Below are positions 12,266-25,270 of a stretch of DNA of 52,363 nucleotides, piece by piece. Source of the stretch: Chiloscyllium plagiosum. Taxonomy: Eukaryota. How positions within the stretch are numbered: the stretch's first letter is position 1; the number at the start of each line of letters is the position of its first letter. The position numbers were made by a program, and so were the translations under genes. A model generated the notes under the pieces. It had not been told where the DNA came from, made no database searches, and saw nothing but the letters and a program-made list of their open reading frames with translations. Location of the stretch: positions 44,304,949-44,357,311 of the forward strand of contig NC_057718.1 of the NCBI RefSeq assembly GCF_004010195.1, read 5' to 3'.

Positions 12266-12707
12266 ATCATCAACTTACCACAAAAAGACATGACCCACTC
12301 TCACTAGTATCTTGACATATAGATGAGGAAGGATACCAATGTGGGACAACACATTCATCCTAGAACAAACCAAATAGAGACACGCGCGAGAATTCCTAGA
12401 AGCATGGCACTCCAACCAGAACTCTATCAACAAACACATTGACTTGGATCCCATTTACCACCCTCTGAGAAAATGAACAGGAAATGAGATCACTGCAGGA
12501 GATTACATCACCACAGGAAGTGACATCACTGACTCAAGGAAACCTAAATGCATAAATAAAAAGCAGGCCATACCACCAGTGCTTTACCGGAGGCTCACTG
12601 ATGAAGCTACCTAGTATGATGATGAAACATCTGAAAATGAACCTTCCAGCTCAACGAGCAAACTTACATCCAGAATCTCAACCTGAGATACAAATCTCAA
12701 AACCCGT
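12266..12707 (+). mobile_element. 5'-truncated Penelope-like element (GIY-YIG C-terminus plus terminal repeat)
   Basis: HQLTTKRHDPLSLVS...AREFLEAWHSNQNSINKHIDLDPIYHPL; degenerate CTGATGA...GAAAC at 12598-12628; 12-bp TSD cagatagggaag at 12254-12265 and 12708-12719. Confidence 0.85.
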
Positions 12708-12724
12708 CAGATAGGGAAGTGTTT

Positions 12725-13020
12725 CACGGACTATCAGGGTGAGTCCAGGATGGTATGTTGGCTCCCTGGTGCCAGTATTAAGGATATCACAGAATGGCTA
12801 CAGTACATGTTGTTGGGGGAAGGGATAAAAGCCATATGTCATGATCAACATCTGTACTAATGATAAGGTAGCAGAAAGGGGTATGTGATCCTGCAATCAA
12901 AATTTATGGAACTGGGTTGAAAATTTAGCCAGCAAGGCTTTAAAAGTAGTAAGCTACTGATTATTTGCCGTGACTACAGAAATAGGACGAAAAGGCAGAA
13001 GAATACAGAGCTGAAAAATG
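12725..13020 (+). mobile_element. CR1 ORF1 (SGNH esterase-like) remnant
   Basis: SRMVCWLPGASIKDITEWLQYMLLGEG...TND, typical of CR1 ORF1 esterase. Confidence 0.7.
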
Positions 13021-13025
13021 GTGGA

Positions 13026-13346
13026 GGGGCAGCACGGTGGCTCAGTGGTTAGCACTGCTGCCTCACAGAGCCAGACACCTGGGTTCAATTCCCGACTCAG
13101 GCGACTGACTGTGTGGAGTTTGCACAAAATCCCCATGTCTGCATGGGTTTCCTCCGGGTGCTCTGGTTTCCTCCCACAGTCCAAAGATGTGCAGATTAAG
13201 TGAATTGGCCATGCTAAATTGCCCGTGTTAGGTAAAGGGGTAAATGTAGGGGAATGGGTGGGTTGCGCTTCGGCGGGTCGGTGTGGACTTGTTGGGCCGA
13301 AGGGCCTGTTTCCACACTGTAAGTAATCTAATCTAATCTAATCTAA
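13026..13346 (+). mobile_element. Full-length HE1-type (V-SINE) tRNA-derived SINE
   Basis: A box tggctcagtgg, B box ggttcaattcc, V-domain gggtttcctccgggtgctctggtttcctcccacagtccaaagatgtgc, CR1-like tail, and (AATCT)n end. Confidence 0.9.
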
Positions 13347-13377
13347 AAGTTTCAGATTCATTGGAAAAGGTTTGAAG

Positions 13378-13503
13378 CCTTGAAAGGTTTATACCCGAAA
13401 CTTGGATTCTGCAGCTCCTCAGAAGCTGCCTGACCTGCTGTGCTTTTCCAGCACTACACTCTCGACTCTGATCATCAGCATCTCTCAATCCTCACAGTCT
13501 CCC
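13378..13503 (+). mobile_element. Degenerate copy of the short Penelope-terminus element (family of 1695-1906)
   Basis: cccgaaac...gctgcctgacctgctgtgcttttccagcac...cagcatct...cctcacagtctccc. Confidence 0.7.
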
Positions 13504-13509
13504 AGGATA

Positions 13510-14270
13510 CAGGTAGTGTAAACAGTATGGTGAAAGCATTTGTAGATTATGTTTATGAGAAATTCTTACAGCAACAAGGCAGGAAACATTGTTAAACCTG
13601 TTTTTTGGGAATGATATGGGCCAAATACATCACACATCAGTGGGGAGACCATCTAAGAGATGGTGTTCATTATATCATCATTGGGATGATGGTGGAAAAT
13701 AACAGTGGTCATCCACTATAGGCATCCACTATAGGAAAATAACAGTGTTCATCCAGTAAAAGGAGCAGTTGAACCAATTAATGACCAAAGATATGATTTA
13801 CACATGGAGATAAGAGGTGTGGCTGTATTATCATGGCTGAATGCTTCGAATCTGTCTCTATATATGAGGCAGATAACTCCCTAGCCACAGTAGCACAGGA
13901 GGAAACCCAGTCACAAGAAGAATTTTAAATTGATAAAGAGTTTATTGGATAAGCTATTGATACTTAATGTTGACAAGGCACCAGGACCAGATGAAGTGCA
14001 TTCAATTATATTGAAGCGAGTGAGAGGGGAAATTGAAAACCTCCGATCAACAATTTTTCAATCTCCCTCAGATTTAGATGCTGCCAGAAGACTGGAGAAT
14101 TGTGAATATTTTACCTTTGTTCGAGAAACAAATCAGTCTATTTAACTTAGTTGGTGGGGTAACTGGAACAATTATTCAAGATAGAATTAATAGACAAATG
14201 GCAAGATATTGGTTGATTCAGAAATACCAGCATTGATTTGATAAGGGAAAATCCTATTGGACTAATTTGC
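13510..14270 (+). mobile_element. Old CR1 ORF2 fragments
   Basis: LNVDKAPGPDEVHSIILKRVRGEI and a downstream QH-like RT entry region, heavily mutated. Confidence 0.6.
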
Positions 14271-14429
14271 TTCCGAAGGCAAATACTGCCAATCTCTCAG
14301 TGTCACAGTAGAGCTCAATTTGAGATTATGAGATCCAGGTTGGCTGCCATCCTGTCAGGGAATGGCTGTGAAGTGCAAAAAGCCATCAGACCTCTACCCC
14401 GGCTCAGAAAGCTGCCTTCCAACAGGTTT

Positions 14430-15400
14430 GTTGTGGTTCTGTTTGCCGAGCTGGGAATTTGTGTTGCAGACGTTCGTCCCCTGTCTAGGTGACATCCTCA
14501 GTGCTTGGAAGCCTCCTGTGAAGCACTTCTGTGATATTTCCTCTGGCATTTATAGTGGTAATCATTAAAAACACAGAAATAGAGAACACACACCGGATCA
14601 TCAATGCCACACTCTCAGGAATCCGATTCACTAGAGAGGAAGAAAAGGACAACCAACTCCCATTCATAGACGTGATGGTACAGAGAACACCGAACGGAGA
14701 ATTCACCACAAAGGTATACAGGAAAGCCACACACACAGACCAAGTCCTGAACTACGAAAGCAACCACCCCAACACACACAAAAGAAGTTGCATCAAGACA
14801 CTGTTCAAAAGGGCCACAACACACTNNNNNNNNNNNNNNNNNNNNNNNNNATGAGTGCTATGCCTCTAGGAATTCCCTGGCTGTTCTCTGTTTGGCTTGT
14901 CCTATAATAGTAGTGTTGTCCCATTCGAATTCATGTTGCTTGTCATCTGTGTGTGTGGCTACTAAGGATAGCTGGTCATGCCGTTTTGTACACCAACTAG
15001 CCACGAAACGACATGACCAGCTATCCTTAGTAGTCACACACTCAGATGCCAAGCAACATGAGTTTGACTGGGACAACACTACTATCATAGGACAAGCCAA
15101 ACAGAGAACAGCCAGGGAATTCCTAGAGGCATGGCACTCATCCACAGATTCAATCAATAAGCACATCGACCTGGACCCAATATACCGACCACTGCAACGG
15201 ACAGCTGGAACTGACAACTGGAAGCGGCAGGGACAAACCACTATAAATGCCGGAGGAAATATCACAGAAGCGCTTCACAGAAGGCTCCCAAGCACTGAGG
15301 ATGTCACCGAGACAGGGGACAAAACGTCTGCAACACAAATTCCCAGCTCGGCGAACAGAACCACAACAATGAGCACCCAAGCTACAAATCTTCTCACAAA
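14430..15400 (+). mobile_element. Penelope-like retroelement with inverted terminal segment, RT thumb and GIY-YIG C-terminus (contains a 25-N gap)
   Basis: IRFTREEEKDNQLPFIDVMVQRTPNGEFTTKVYRKATHTDQVLNYESNHP; AREFLEAWHSSTDSINKHIDLDPIYRPL. 14430-14559 is the reverse complement of ~15237-15368. 14-bp TSD cttccaacaggttt at 14416-14429 and 15401-15414. Confidence 0.9.
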
Positions 15401-15744
15401 CTTCCAACAGGTTTCGAATATTGCTGACCTGCTCCCCTGGGAGAGTGGCAAGTGGTATTGGTTGCAAGAGGGAGTTAGTATCTAAAATGTCTAACTTATA
15501 TCATGAGATTAGCTCCACATATTTCCTGTTCCTAGGAAGAGCAAACCTATGTTAAAGTCCAAGTTGTTCTAGTTATAAATCCATGCAGTTAACTGTGATG
15601 TGAACTTAGTCTTAAGTTGAGACTGATGTCTCACAAGAGACAACCACTTTTCCCTGATGTAATGGAACTAGCTATTAAGTATTACGTAATGAACCATTAA
15701 TGTGTATGAAGATTGAGTTTTTTTTCTGCGAAAGATTTCATATG

Positions 15745-15880
15745 GGAGAAAGTGAGGACTGCAGATGCTGGAAATCAGAGCTGAAAATGTGTTGCTGGAA
15801 AAGCGCAGCAGGTCAGGCAGCATCCAAGGAGCAGGAGAATCGACGTTTCGGGCATGAGCCCTTCTTCAGGAATCATCTTC
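15745..15880 (-). mobile_element. Short Penelope-terminus element with intact hammerhead core
   Basis: Minus strand reads gattc-CTGAAGA-A-GGGC-TCAT-GCCC-GAAAC-GTC-gattc; TSD aagatttcatatgg(g) starting at 15732 and 15881. Confidence 0.8.
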
Positions 15881-16143
15881 AAGATTTCATATGGGGAACC
15901 TTCCCCATAATACCCAAGGCATCCCAGATAATTCTTGAGAACACACCTTTAATGTAGTAGTATCCTTGTACATGAAACACAGAAAGTTAATTTGCTGGTA
16001 GAGCAAGAAATTGAATGCATATGATACGTTAACTTTTGATACAACAGGATTAAAATATGAGTAAAGAAGTCTTATTATAATTATGCAAGGCATTGATGAG
16101 CCTACATCTGGGGTCCTGAATGAAGTTATGGTCTCCTGATCTA

Positions 16144-17526
16144 AGAGTCATAGAGGTGTACACCACGGAAACAGACCCTTCGGTCCAACTGGTCCATGCC
16201 GTCCAGATATTCCCAACCCAATCTAGTCCCACCTGCCCGCACACAGCCTACATTCCTTCAAACCCTTCCTATTTATATAGCCATCTAGATGCCTTTTAAA
16301 CATTGCAATTATACTAGCCTCCACCACTTCCTCTGGCAGCTCATTCCATACATATACCACTGTCTGCATGAAAATGTTTCCCCTTAGGTCTCTTTTATAT
16401 CTTTCACCTCTCACCCTAAATCTATGCCCTCTAGTTCTGGACTCCCCCAACCCAGGGAACAGCCTTTGTCTATTTATCCTATCCATGCCCCTCATGACTT
16501 TATAAACGTCTATAAGGTCACCCCTCAGCTTCCAACGCTGCAGGGAAAACTGCCCCAGCCTACTCAACCTCTCCGTGTAGCTCAAATCCACCAACTCTGG
16601 CAACATCCTTGTAAATCTTTTCTGAACCCTTTCAAGTTTCACAACATCCTTCCGATAGGAAGGAGACCAGCATTACACACAATATTCCAACAGTGGCCTA
16701 ACCAATGTCCTGTACAGCCGCAACATGACCTCCCAACTCCTGTACTCAATACTCTGACCAATATTGGAAAGCATACCAAATGCCTTCTTCACTAATCTAT
16801 CTACCTCCTACTCCACTTTCAAGGAGCTATGAATCTGCACTCCAAGATCTCTTTGTTCAGCAACACTCACTAGGACCTTACCATTAAGTGTATAAGTCCT
16901 GCCAAGATTTGCTTTTCTAAATTAATTTATCTGAATTAAACTCCATCTGCCACTTCTCAGCCCATTGGCCCATCTGATCAAGGTCCTGTTGTAATCTGAC
17001 ATAACCTTCTTCACTGTCCACTAAACCTCCAATTTTGGTGTCATCTACAAAGTTACTAACTACACTTCTTATGCTCACATCCAAATCATTTATATAAATG
17101 CCGAAAAATAGTGGACCCAGCACCGATCCTTTTGGCACTCCACTGGGCACAGGCTCCCAGTCTGAAAAATAAACCTCCACCACCATCTTCTGTCTTCTAC
17201 CTTTGAACCAGTTCTGAATCCAAATGGCTAGTTCTCCCTGTATTCTATGAGATCTAACCTTGCTAACCAATCTCCCATGGGGAACCTTGTCAAACACCTT
17301 ACTGAAGTCCACACGGATCACACCCATCACTCTGCCCTCATCAATCCTCTTTGTTACTTCTTCAATAAACTCAATCAAGTTTGTGAGACATAATTTCCCA
17401 TGCACAAAGCCATGTTGACTATCCCTAATCAGTCCTTGCCTTTCCAAATACATGTACATCCTGTCCCTCAGGATTCCCTCCAACAACTTGCCCACCACTG
17501 ATGTCAGACTGACTGGTCTATAGTTC
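16144..17526 (-). mobile_element. 5'-truncated CR1 LINE, relatively young (RT plus 3' UTR)
   Basis: ORFs 16917-17555 and 16223-16642: NYRPVSLTSVVGKLLE, QHGF, DFSKVFDKVPH, GVPKGSVLGP, FVDDTK, LERVQKRFTRM; gactct tail. Confidence 0.95.
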
Positions 17527-17679
17527 GTCAGGTAAAAGATCATAGTATCATACACTGATGCAAGATATTGAACAAACCTAGATTGCTGTTAAGTCTTTCA
17601 ATTTTTAGAATGAGTTGCAGGTTTTGATTCATTACTATGTAAATCCCAGAACTTCTTTCAAGTCACATTCACAAGATAA

Positions 17680-18000
17680 CTTAAGGTTTGAAATGTAATC
17701 AGTATTGTAATGAAGGGAAAGTGATAGCCAATTTACATATAACGAGCACACAGAATGGGATAATAGGAGAAAGTGAGGACTGCAAATGCTGGAGATCAGA
17801 GTCGAGAGTGTGGTGCTGGAAAAGCACAGCAGGTCAGGCAGCATCCAAGGAGCCGGAGAATTGACGTTTTGGGCATAAGCCCTTCATCAGGAATGAGATC
17901 ATGATCAGATATCTTGTTTTTCTGTGATGTTATTCTAGGGATAAACATTTATTGGTGCATTTTCTGCAAAATAAGGTCTTGAGAGCTTTTACATCCACCA
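17680..18000 (-). mobile_element. Deu-domain SINE fragment interrupted by a short Penelope-terminus element (17765-17892)
   Basis: Reverse of the gctgtgtgcaaattggctg core flanks a ggagaaagtgaggactgc...gcccttcatcagg insert with an imperfect TSD (gaatgggataat / gaatgagatcat). Confidence 0.6.
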
Positions 18001-21000
18001 GGGTGGACAGACAGAATCTCAATTTATTGTCTTACCTAAAAATGAAGGTTCATGAGACTGTTTCCTGGAATGACGAGATCATATTCTGAGAAGAGATTGA
18101 GTAGTCTCGGCCCATGTTCCCTGGAAGTGATCAAATTGAAATAATTGATTCTTAGGGGACTTGTTATAGGCTGAGAAAATGCTTTCTTTGGGTGAAAATT
18201 GTTCATCCTTGAGATCTGTGGATAATCATTAAGTATATTCAAATCAGAATACGATAGATTTTTGGATACTGTGAATTAAGAGGGTATGAAGATTTTAGTG
18301 GTTTCTACATGTTTGTTGACATAATATTTACCATAAAGTCACAGGTTCTGGTTGCAGATTTACTAAGAAAGTTAACTATTTAGGTGGCTACAATATCACA
18401 TTGTCTGGATTCTATGCTTACTAATGTTACTGTTAATTACATATGCATAGTTGAAAACACTACACTGACTCCATGACACAAAGACAGTGACTGAAAGTGA
18501 GGGAAATACCTTTATGCCCAAACATCACATGATGTAATGTAACTGTCTTAAAGGAACTGGCCTTGTCTGGTCTGGAATCTATACCATAATACAACAGGAT
18601 CATTTTGGAAGATACTGTTGCATTCTTCATTGTCTCATGAGATTTGCAGAGATGATAACTCCAGGCTATATGTGTACAACAGGAGTTTTATTAATGTCTG
18701 CTTTCATGCTTATAGAAGCCTGCCACAGTTTAATTTATTTTTTGCAGTAATCACATGCAGGTTTACCTAATGAAACAGAAAACAGAGAACAAATATAAGA
18801 CACATAATGTAACATTTGACAATTAAGCAATTGGAAATGACAATTGGAGTTGAGGTGGAATGTCAGCCATGATCTTATTGAATGGTGGAGAAAACCCAAA
18901 AGGCTCACTCCAACTCCTGTATTTATTACATTCATGATTGGACCTCCATGGTCCAAAATAGAAAAAGATGTGCCAGTTTTCATGTTCCCATCTGCCTACT
19001 CTATGTGCTTGTGCCCTTAAACGTGGTACATATGCTGAAAGTGGCCACAAGATGATCAGTCACCACCTTTCAGGTGTGACATCTTCCATAATGTAATCTC
19101 TAGTGGTGATACAAAGCCACACTTTGCAGTGACTGTTTTATAAAGAACTGAGAACAATAGTTGTTAGACTCTCAAGATGTGTTGGAAAAATAAAAACATT
19201 TAATATGACAACTTTATACATTTTCTTTGATGCTAAAAATATATCAATGTTCAGGCAAGTTCCAATTAGGGTTTAGTAATCAATGTCTTTAATTTCATAT
19301 CACAGAGTCAACTTTCTATAGAGACTTTTGTTCTCCTTTTAAAACAACTTCTTACTTTTGAATCTTCTTCAGCACCAACCCTCACCATCCCCTTGTCCCA
19401 ACAGTATAAGTGCTGCTGGTTGCCTATTGGGTTAATATGAACTTCATTTTTTTTCTATGCACTTCATAACAGATGAAGACAGCAGACTATGAGCATAAAA
19501 TCATTTTATCTTTGCAGATTTCTTCAGAGTGCATAATTCTTTTTAAACATCAGCCGTGTATGTTTCCACAAGGGGAAGAATTTATGCCAAGGTTGTAGAT
19601 AAGCTGATATAATTTTGCTGATTATTTCTTCTTATTTATGAGGCATAATTTATGAGGCTTCAACATCAAAATAAAATGAGTGATGAATACCTATAGCTGA
19701 AGTAATAAATCAGGCACAGTGAAAGCAGGGATGATTTTGATCGAATCTATTGAATTAGTTGCTGCCCTCAGCCATTATAGGTATCGGAAAGACCTTTTAA
19801 AGTCTGCCAGACTGTCTCATGGGAATGTGATAATCATCCCATTACAAACCCATAGGAAACAAATTATAAACATACTGTCTGTCGGAGTTATGACTGCTGA
19901 TTGCTCTTTTTAATAAATGAGTTTGAAGTTAAAGCAAATTCAGTCTCAGCTGTAATAATACGCATCTTTATTTTTGTATGACAGAATTGTAAAAGACTAA
20001 AAGCTTTTATGCATTGTGCTTTAAAATTTTTTTTTAATCATTTTTGTTAAACATTATCTTGTGTCTTTGGGAGAAAGTATATAATATCATCTGCTGAATA
20101 AAATAAAAGAGTATTGAAAATGTATTTACAGAATGTAACATACAGTCAGTCAGTTTGTATATAATTTTTCACTATTCTGGTTTACAATATTCTACTCATT
20201 TCACAAAATATCAGTTCTGCCCATATCAAGATGTCTAAACAAAAAGTACAGGAGGAGAACGGTGTTTTCAAAACCAAAATGAGACTGATGGCTTCATCTC
20301 AGAAATCAGAATGGTAGTTTATTTAAATTTCATGTGATGATTCTAAATTCGAACAGCATTATTTGTGTTACCTTAGGCAAGCAAAAAAACTATTAGGCTT
20401 TGTCAATTTTATGTAAAAAAACAAATGCAGTGGAGGCAAATTTTATACTCCAACTGAGGCTGTTTAAAATTAAATGTGTTAAATTATGTGATTATTAATT
20501 GTCGGTAATTAAAAGTAAAATAAAATAAAAGTATAGAAAACAAAACTATTACAGTATAAAAATAACACTGTATTGAAAGTCACCTTTCTCTAAATCAAAG
20601 ACAAAAATTGTGAAGACAAACTAATTAACAGTAGAGTTACTAAAATACATTCAACCTCATACTATTTACATTGGTCTAAATCTTGTTAAGCTTTACAAAC
20701 TGGTAACTTAATATTTTACAATCAATTAGCTTTGTTATTTTTGATGAAGTAGTATTTCCATCGAAATAGGGCCTGCCAGTGTTGAGAAACAAACCGTTTA
20801 TTCACTTATGTCAAAGTGACTCATTTTTATGAGTGCGGGTTGGATTCAATGCTGAGCCTTCGAAATACAGGATCAGCGTAATCGCATACTATGCAACCAA
20901 AATTACTCTTTCCAGTATGGAATGTTGTGAAAATCTATTTAAGATTCAGATCCACATGTTTCTCAAGAGTATTTTTAAATATATTATTCCTTTTTGAAAA

Positions 21001-22764
21001 CAATTCAACAGGTATAGAAGGTCAATAGTAGTATAGAGAAGGTATATTCCGTGACGTACTTCGAGATAATGCAAAATAAGAGTGGCTAAAATTAGTTTGA
21101 AGAGAGATGTATGGGAGAGGGAAACAAGGCCAGGAGAAATGCTTTTATTCACAGGGTTAGTGAAATGTGGAATGTTATGTCATAGTGCATTTCTGGGTAA
21201 AGAAGATTGCATCTTTTAAAACATAAAAGTGAATAAATAATTGAATCAGAGAAAAATACAGAGCTGTGGGTAGAGAAGAGTAGTGGAATTAGCTTCGACA
21301 AGTGACCTTCTTTTACACTGTCAAAATCTTTGGTTCTCAATTCTATAGGAGTGAAGGCAAAAATCCTAGGTAGATTTAAGATAAAGGTGTTTGACATGGA
21401 TGTGAGCTGAAACAGACCAAATGGCTTCCCTCTCTCATATGTATCTTGTAGTTCAGTTGTCCAACTTGCACAGATCTAATCTCAAGTTTTGGTTTTATAT
21501 AACTTATTATCGTTATCATAGTACCCGTTAATTCCATAGACTGCAAAGGCGAGATTTTAACTCACTCAAAACTCTGTCACTTACACAAAATTTAAATCAG
21601 ATCAATTGCTATTATCTACACCGGGCAGAATCATTTCCATCTAGAAGATTATGATAGTTCAGATAAGAAACTGCATTTTCTAAGCAAGTGTCATTGACTG
21701 TGATCCTCTTTTAACAATTATACAAGAAGTTGCAGATATACATATGATTTTATTTCTGTTGACTAGCAGCAAGCCAGTCCTCACAATTAGTGCTCATTTG
21801 TATGTATGGAACATAGATTAGCAGCTTGTGACTGCTGGTGAAAATACTATTGGGCAAAAGGCTTGATAAAATAGTCACCTGAAAGCTACAAGGCTGTTAA
21901 TTGAAATGTTGAAAAATGAAGTTTAAAAAAAAGCAGTTAACATTGATTGTGTCTACATAGTAACATATGATCAGTGGTAATTGAAGAAGAACCCTCTTAA
22001 TTACTCTTTCTTTACTGATACTAAATTTCCAATTTCTGTAGTACATTGCAATTTGTGCGTTTGTCATTGGTGTAGGTCCAAAGCATCGCATAATTAGGAA
22101 ATGTCCAAAATAATGGCGAGGATTTAGTCATTAGTACTTTTGTGTGAACTTGATAATAAACATGATGCATGCAATAAATAGAACATTTATCCATGAAACT
22201 ATTAGAAATAAATCTCCTGGGAAATTTATGACAGGTAATTTGTTCTCTGCAGGACCATACTATTAAGTTTATCAAATAGTAAAATCTTTTCCTCTAACAT
22301 TTAGGTAACCAATAGCTTGGAACTCCCACTGACTAAAATTATTGTAACTATAATGCAGTTTCTCAAAATAATCAGACTACCAAACTGAAAAGCCCTAAAA
22401 TCCCATGATTCAGGGAGGGTGAAAAAGGACACCATCATCTTTGAGTGGATTAGTTCCACTATAATTACAGCTCCACTTTTATTTTACTTCAAGGAAATTA
22501 TCATTTTGAATGCTGGTGGTTGATGGCATGTGATAGCATAAAGTTATGTCATGGCATGTACTACCAACACACAAACCCACACCCCCTTCCCCCTCCCACT
22601 CCACACCGAAATCAACTAAACTTGAATAAGGGACAGTTTCTCATTCTCAAGATGGAACATCAGGTCACACTGTTCCCAATGGAGAATGATTTAGGTGGCT
22701 AAAGGCCTAATTTGATAGAGGACAAATTCATTCTTATCACCCACTATATAGGTCACTATTCACA

Positions 22765-22960
22765 GAACCATCATGGTGTTACAGCATAGAAGGAGGCCAT
22801 TCGGCCTATCATGCCTGCACCAGCTCACCAAATGAACATCATTTACTCATGCCGATCTCATGCTTTTTCCTCACATCCTTGCTCATCATTTTTGTCCAAA
22901 CAATCATTCAATGTTCTCTTGAATGCCTGAGTTGAACCTGCCTCTGCCACACTTCCTCCA
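22765..22960 (-). mobile_element. CR1 3'-end fragment
   Basis: acagcatagaaggaggccattcggcctatcatgcctgcaccagctc...ttgaacctgcctctgccacac. Confidence 0.6.
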
Positions 22961-24572
22961 TAAACATGGAGGAAGTGTGCCTGAAACAGGTATTAGCTTC
23001 TTTGTTTTTATTAACAGGAATCAGTATACCTTCGTGGGGCATCCATTTAAAAAAATGATCACAACTGATGCATCTTGTGTTGTGAATAGAATTTACAGTA
23101 CAGAAAGAGGCTATTCAACCTGTTGTGATTGTACTGGCTACTGAAAGAGCTATCCAACTAGTCCCACTCTCCAGTCCCATCAGAATATCAGTTTCTTCAG
23201 GTGCATAGTACTAAAGGAGCCACTGCTGGTTGCTATCAGATTGTTAACTTTCATGGAGCATAGATTTGTTGAGTCAAATAACCTGATTTTAGGTAGTAAA
23301 AGGTTTGCAATTTTTGTACTTTATTAAGGAGCTAGGAGGATTAAGAATGTACAATCCCTTCACAATTGCCTCTTCCCACAACAATAAAATTGAAACCTCA
23401 GCTGACATTCCAGCCTGTTGTTTGCATTTCCCCCACCCACCCCACTAGTCCCACTCCTCTCGCCCTCAGGACTGACCTGGATCTTAGGGAATGTTATTTG
23501 TGTCCAAATCTTACAGTGAGCAAGCAAGGAGGAATGATTAATCCGTGTTACTGCCATCTGTCATGCGAACTGCACTGAGATTGCCCTCCGTTCTTCCTAC
23601 CTTCCAAATTCTTAGCCATTGTATTTAACACAATCTCTGACATGATTAGTGGTGGAAATAATGATTTGTAATCAGGGGATCAATTACCTTCACCAAGAGA
23701 CCCATCTGTTTGACTGGAAGCTGAAGATCTTTAAAAGATTTTTATTGGGCCTTTCTCTTTGCCGTTAGAGCAATACTATTCCAACATTTGAGTTGAGTGT
23801 TCTTCATGAACTCTTGCAGCAGTCATGAAAATACTTGTTGAATCAAAAGATTTGGGACCAAATTGCAAAACCTAGTTCAAAATATTTTCATTTATATCGA
23901 AGCTAATCATTACATTTGGATTCATAATAATGTTAACTTTTTCAGGGTTGAAGTTCCACATTGTGTGCATTGAAGTGCCTTTTAAATAATGTAGGTCTGT
24001 CACGATCACAAAGAAAACATTTTCCAGTTTCATTAGCATCTACAGAAAGTAAACACTCTTTGCTCATTCATTCGTAAATACAAGTTCTGTGGGTTTGGAC
24101 TCAAATAGGTCATTGTTGCCTTAGATGTGAAGGATAGAAGTGACTGCCCAATGCTATGATGCACTCTTCCAGAGATGAAATAAGATTGCTGTGTCAAGAT
24201 AAAGCTAAGCATCAACATCAGCGCTCACGAGCATTCACACACGTCTTTGTGCAGCTGTAATTATTGGCTATGGAGTGGAAACTCTTTTCATTTCTTGGCA
24301 GTGAATCAGAGAGACAGAAATCAACAGTGCTGTTGATTCAAGTGGGCTGAGTTTACTAATGCATTATAAAAGCAGGCACAATGTGCCACATTCAGTTTTG
24401 CTGATTTTGGTCTCATGAAAAAATACTGGATAGAAAAAAAAACTTTTAGTGGATGTTTTATTAATTTATAATAAATAATGACTTTGTATGAACTTACACA
24501 ATCTCACTAATGTTTCACTGTTTTTGAGTTTACCAGACCTATGTAAAGCCCAGAAGTTACAGTTTGTAGTCC

Positions 24573-24745
24573 AAGTCATAGAGTCATAGAGATGTACAGC
24601 ATGGAAACAGACCCTTCGGTCCAACCTATCCACGCTGACCAGATATCCCAACTCAATCGAGTCCCACCTGCCAGCACCCGGTCCATATCCCTCCAAACCC
24701 TTCCTATTCATATGCCCATCCAAATGCCTCTTAAATGTTGCAATT
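24573..24745 (-). mobile_element. CR1 3'-end fragment (young family)
   Basis: gtcatagagtcatagagatgtacagcatggaaacagacccttcgg...; encodes FKRHLDGHMNRKGLEGYGPGAGRWD. Confidence 0.9.
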
Positions 24746-25059
24746 CTGACAGAATTTATCAAGTTAAGTGGAACTAGGGTCTGCTACATATAAGGTGGTA
24801 TTTCTTCTGAAAATGATATTGGGTCCAGATCACATTGACATTCCTTTCCCTTCCAGCTTTCTTAAGAGCCAGCTCCAAATCCAACAGGACACTACTTCAG
24901 CCATAAAAACATGGAGCTAGGAGTTCTGGATTTCTTCTTTCCCAGTAGTGCACAGATTTAGGGTCACCAAGGTGAGTATGCAGATGGAAGAGCTTCTTCC
25001 ATGAAACTGACAAGAAATAGTAAGAGAACATCAGCTGCTTTCTACTCAGCTGCATGCCC

Positions 25060-25270
25060 CTGCACAGGGCAGACTGGATGGATATCAAAAGTCACCTGGA
25101 AGAAGACAAGACCTCAAATATAGTGTCTACAAGGGACTCATACTCTGAACATCTCTGAGGACTACAGTCTCAAGAAATTGAGGCTCTGTGGCAGGCTACT
25201 GCTGACATCAGTAACAGCTGAACAGATATCACCATTGGTCTATTACTGGAGGGCCACCATGCTCAGCCCT
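25060..25270 (+). mobile_element. Possible Harbinger transposase N-terminal remnant
   Basis: RRQDLKYSVYK...ISEDYSLKKLRL resembles the Harbinger YR...SYL.LSE.QCLRRLRL motif; weak. Confidence 0.3.

Noticed and set aside
13026..13100. tRNA genes at SINE heads (also 27761, ~28050-28110, ~41520-41600)
   Set aside because: A and B boxes are present, but they belong to HE1 SINE heads and I see no complete cloverleaf.
16917..17555. 212-aa RT ORF as a functional or domesticated gene
   Set aside because: It is part of a 5'-truncated CR1 with downstream frameshifts; an ordinary LINE copy.
18490..18516. TESEGNTFM resembling a motif in the preceding large USH2A exon
   Set aside because: The similarity does not extend either way and the position is out of exon order; probably chance.
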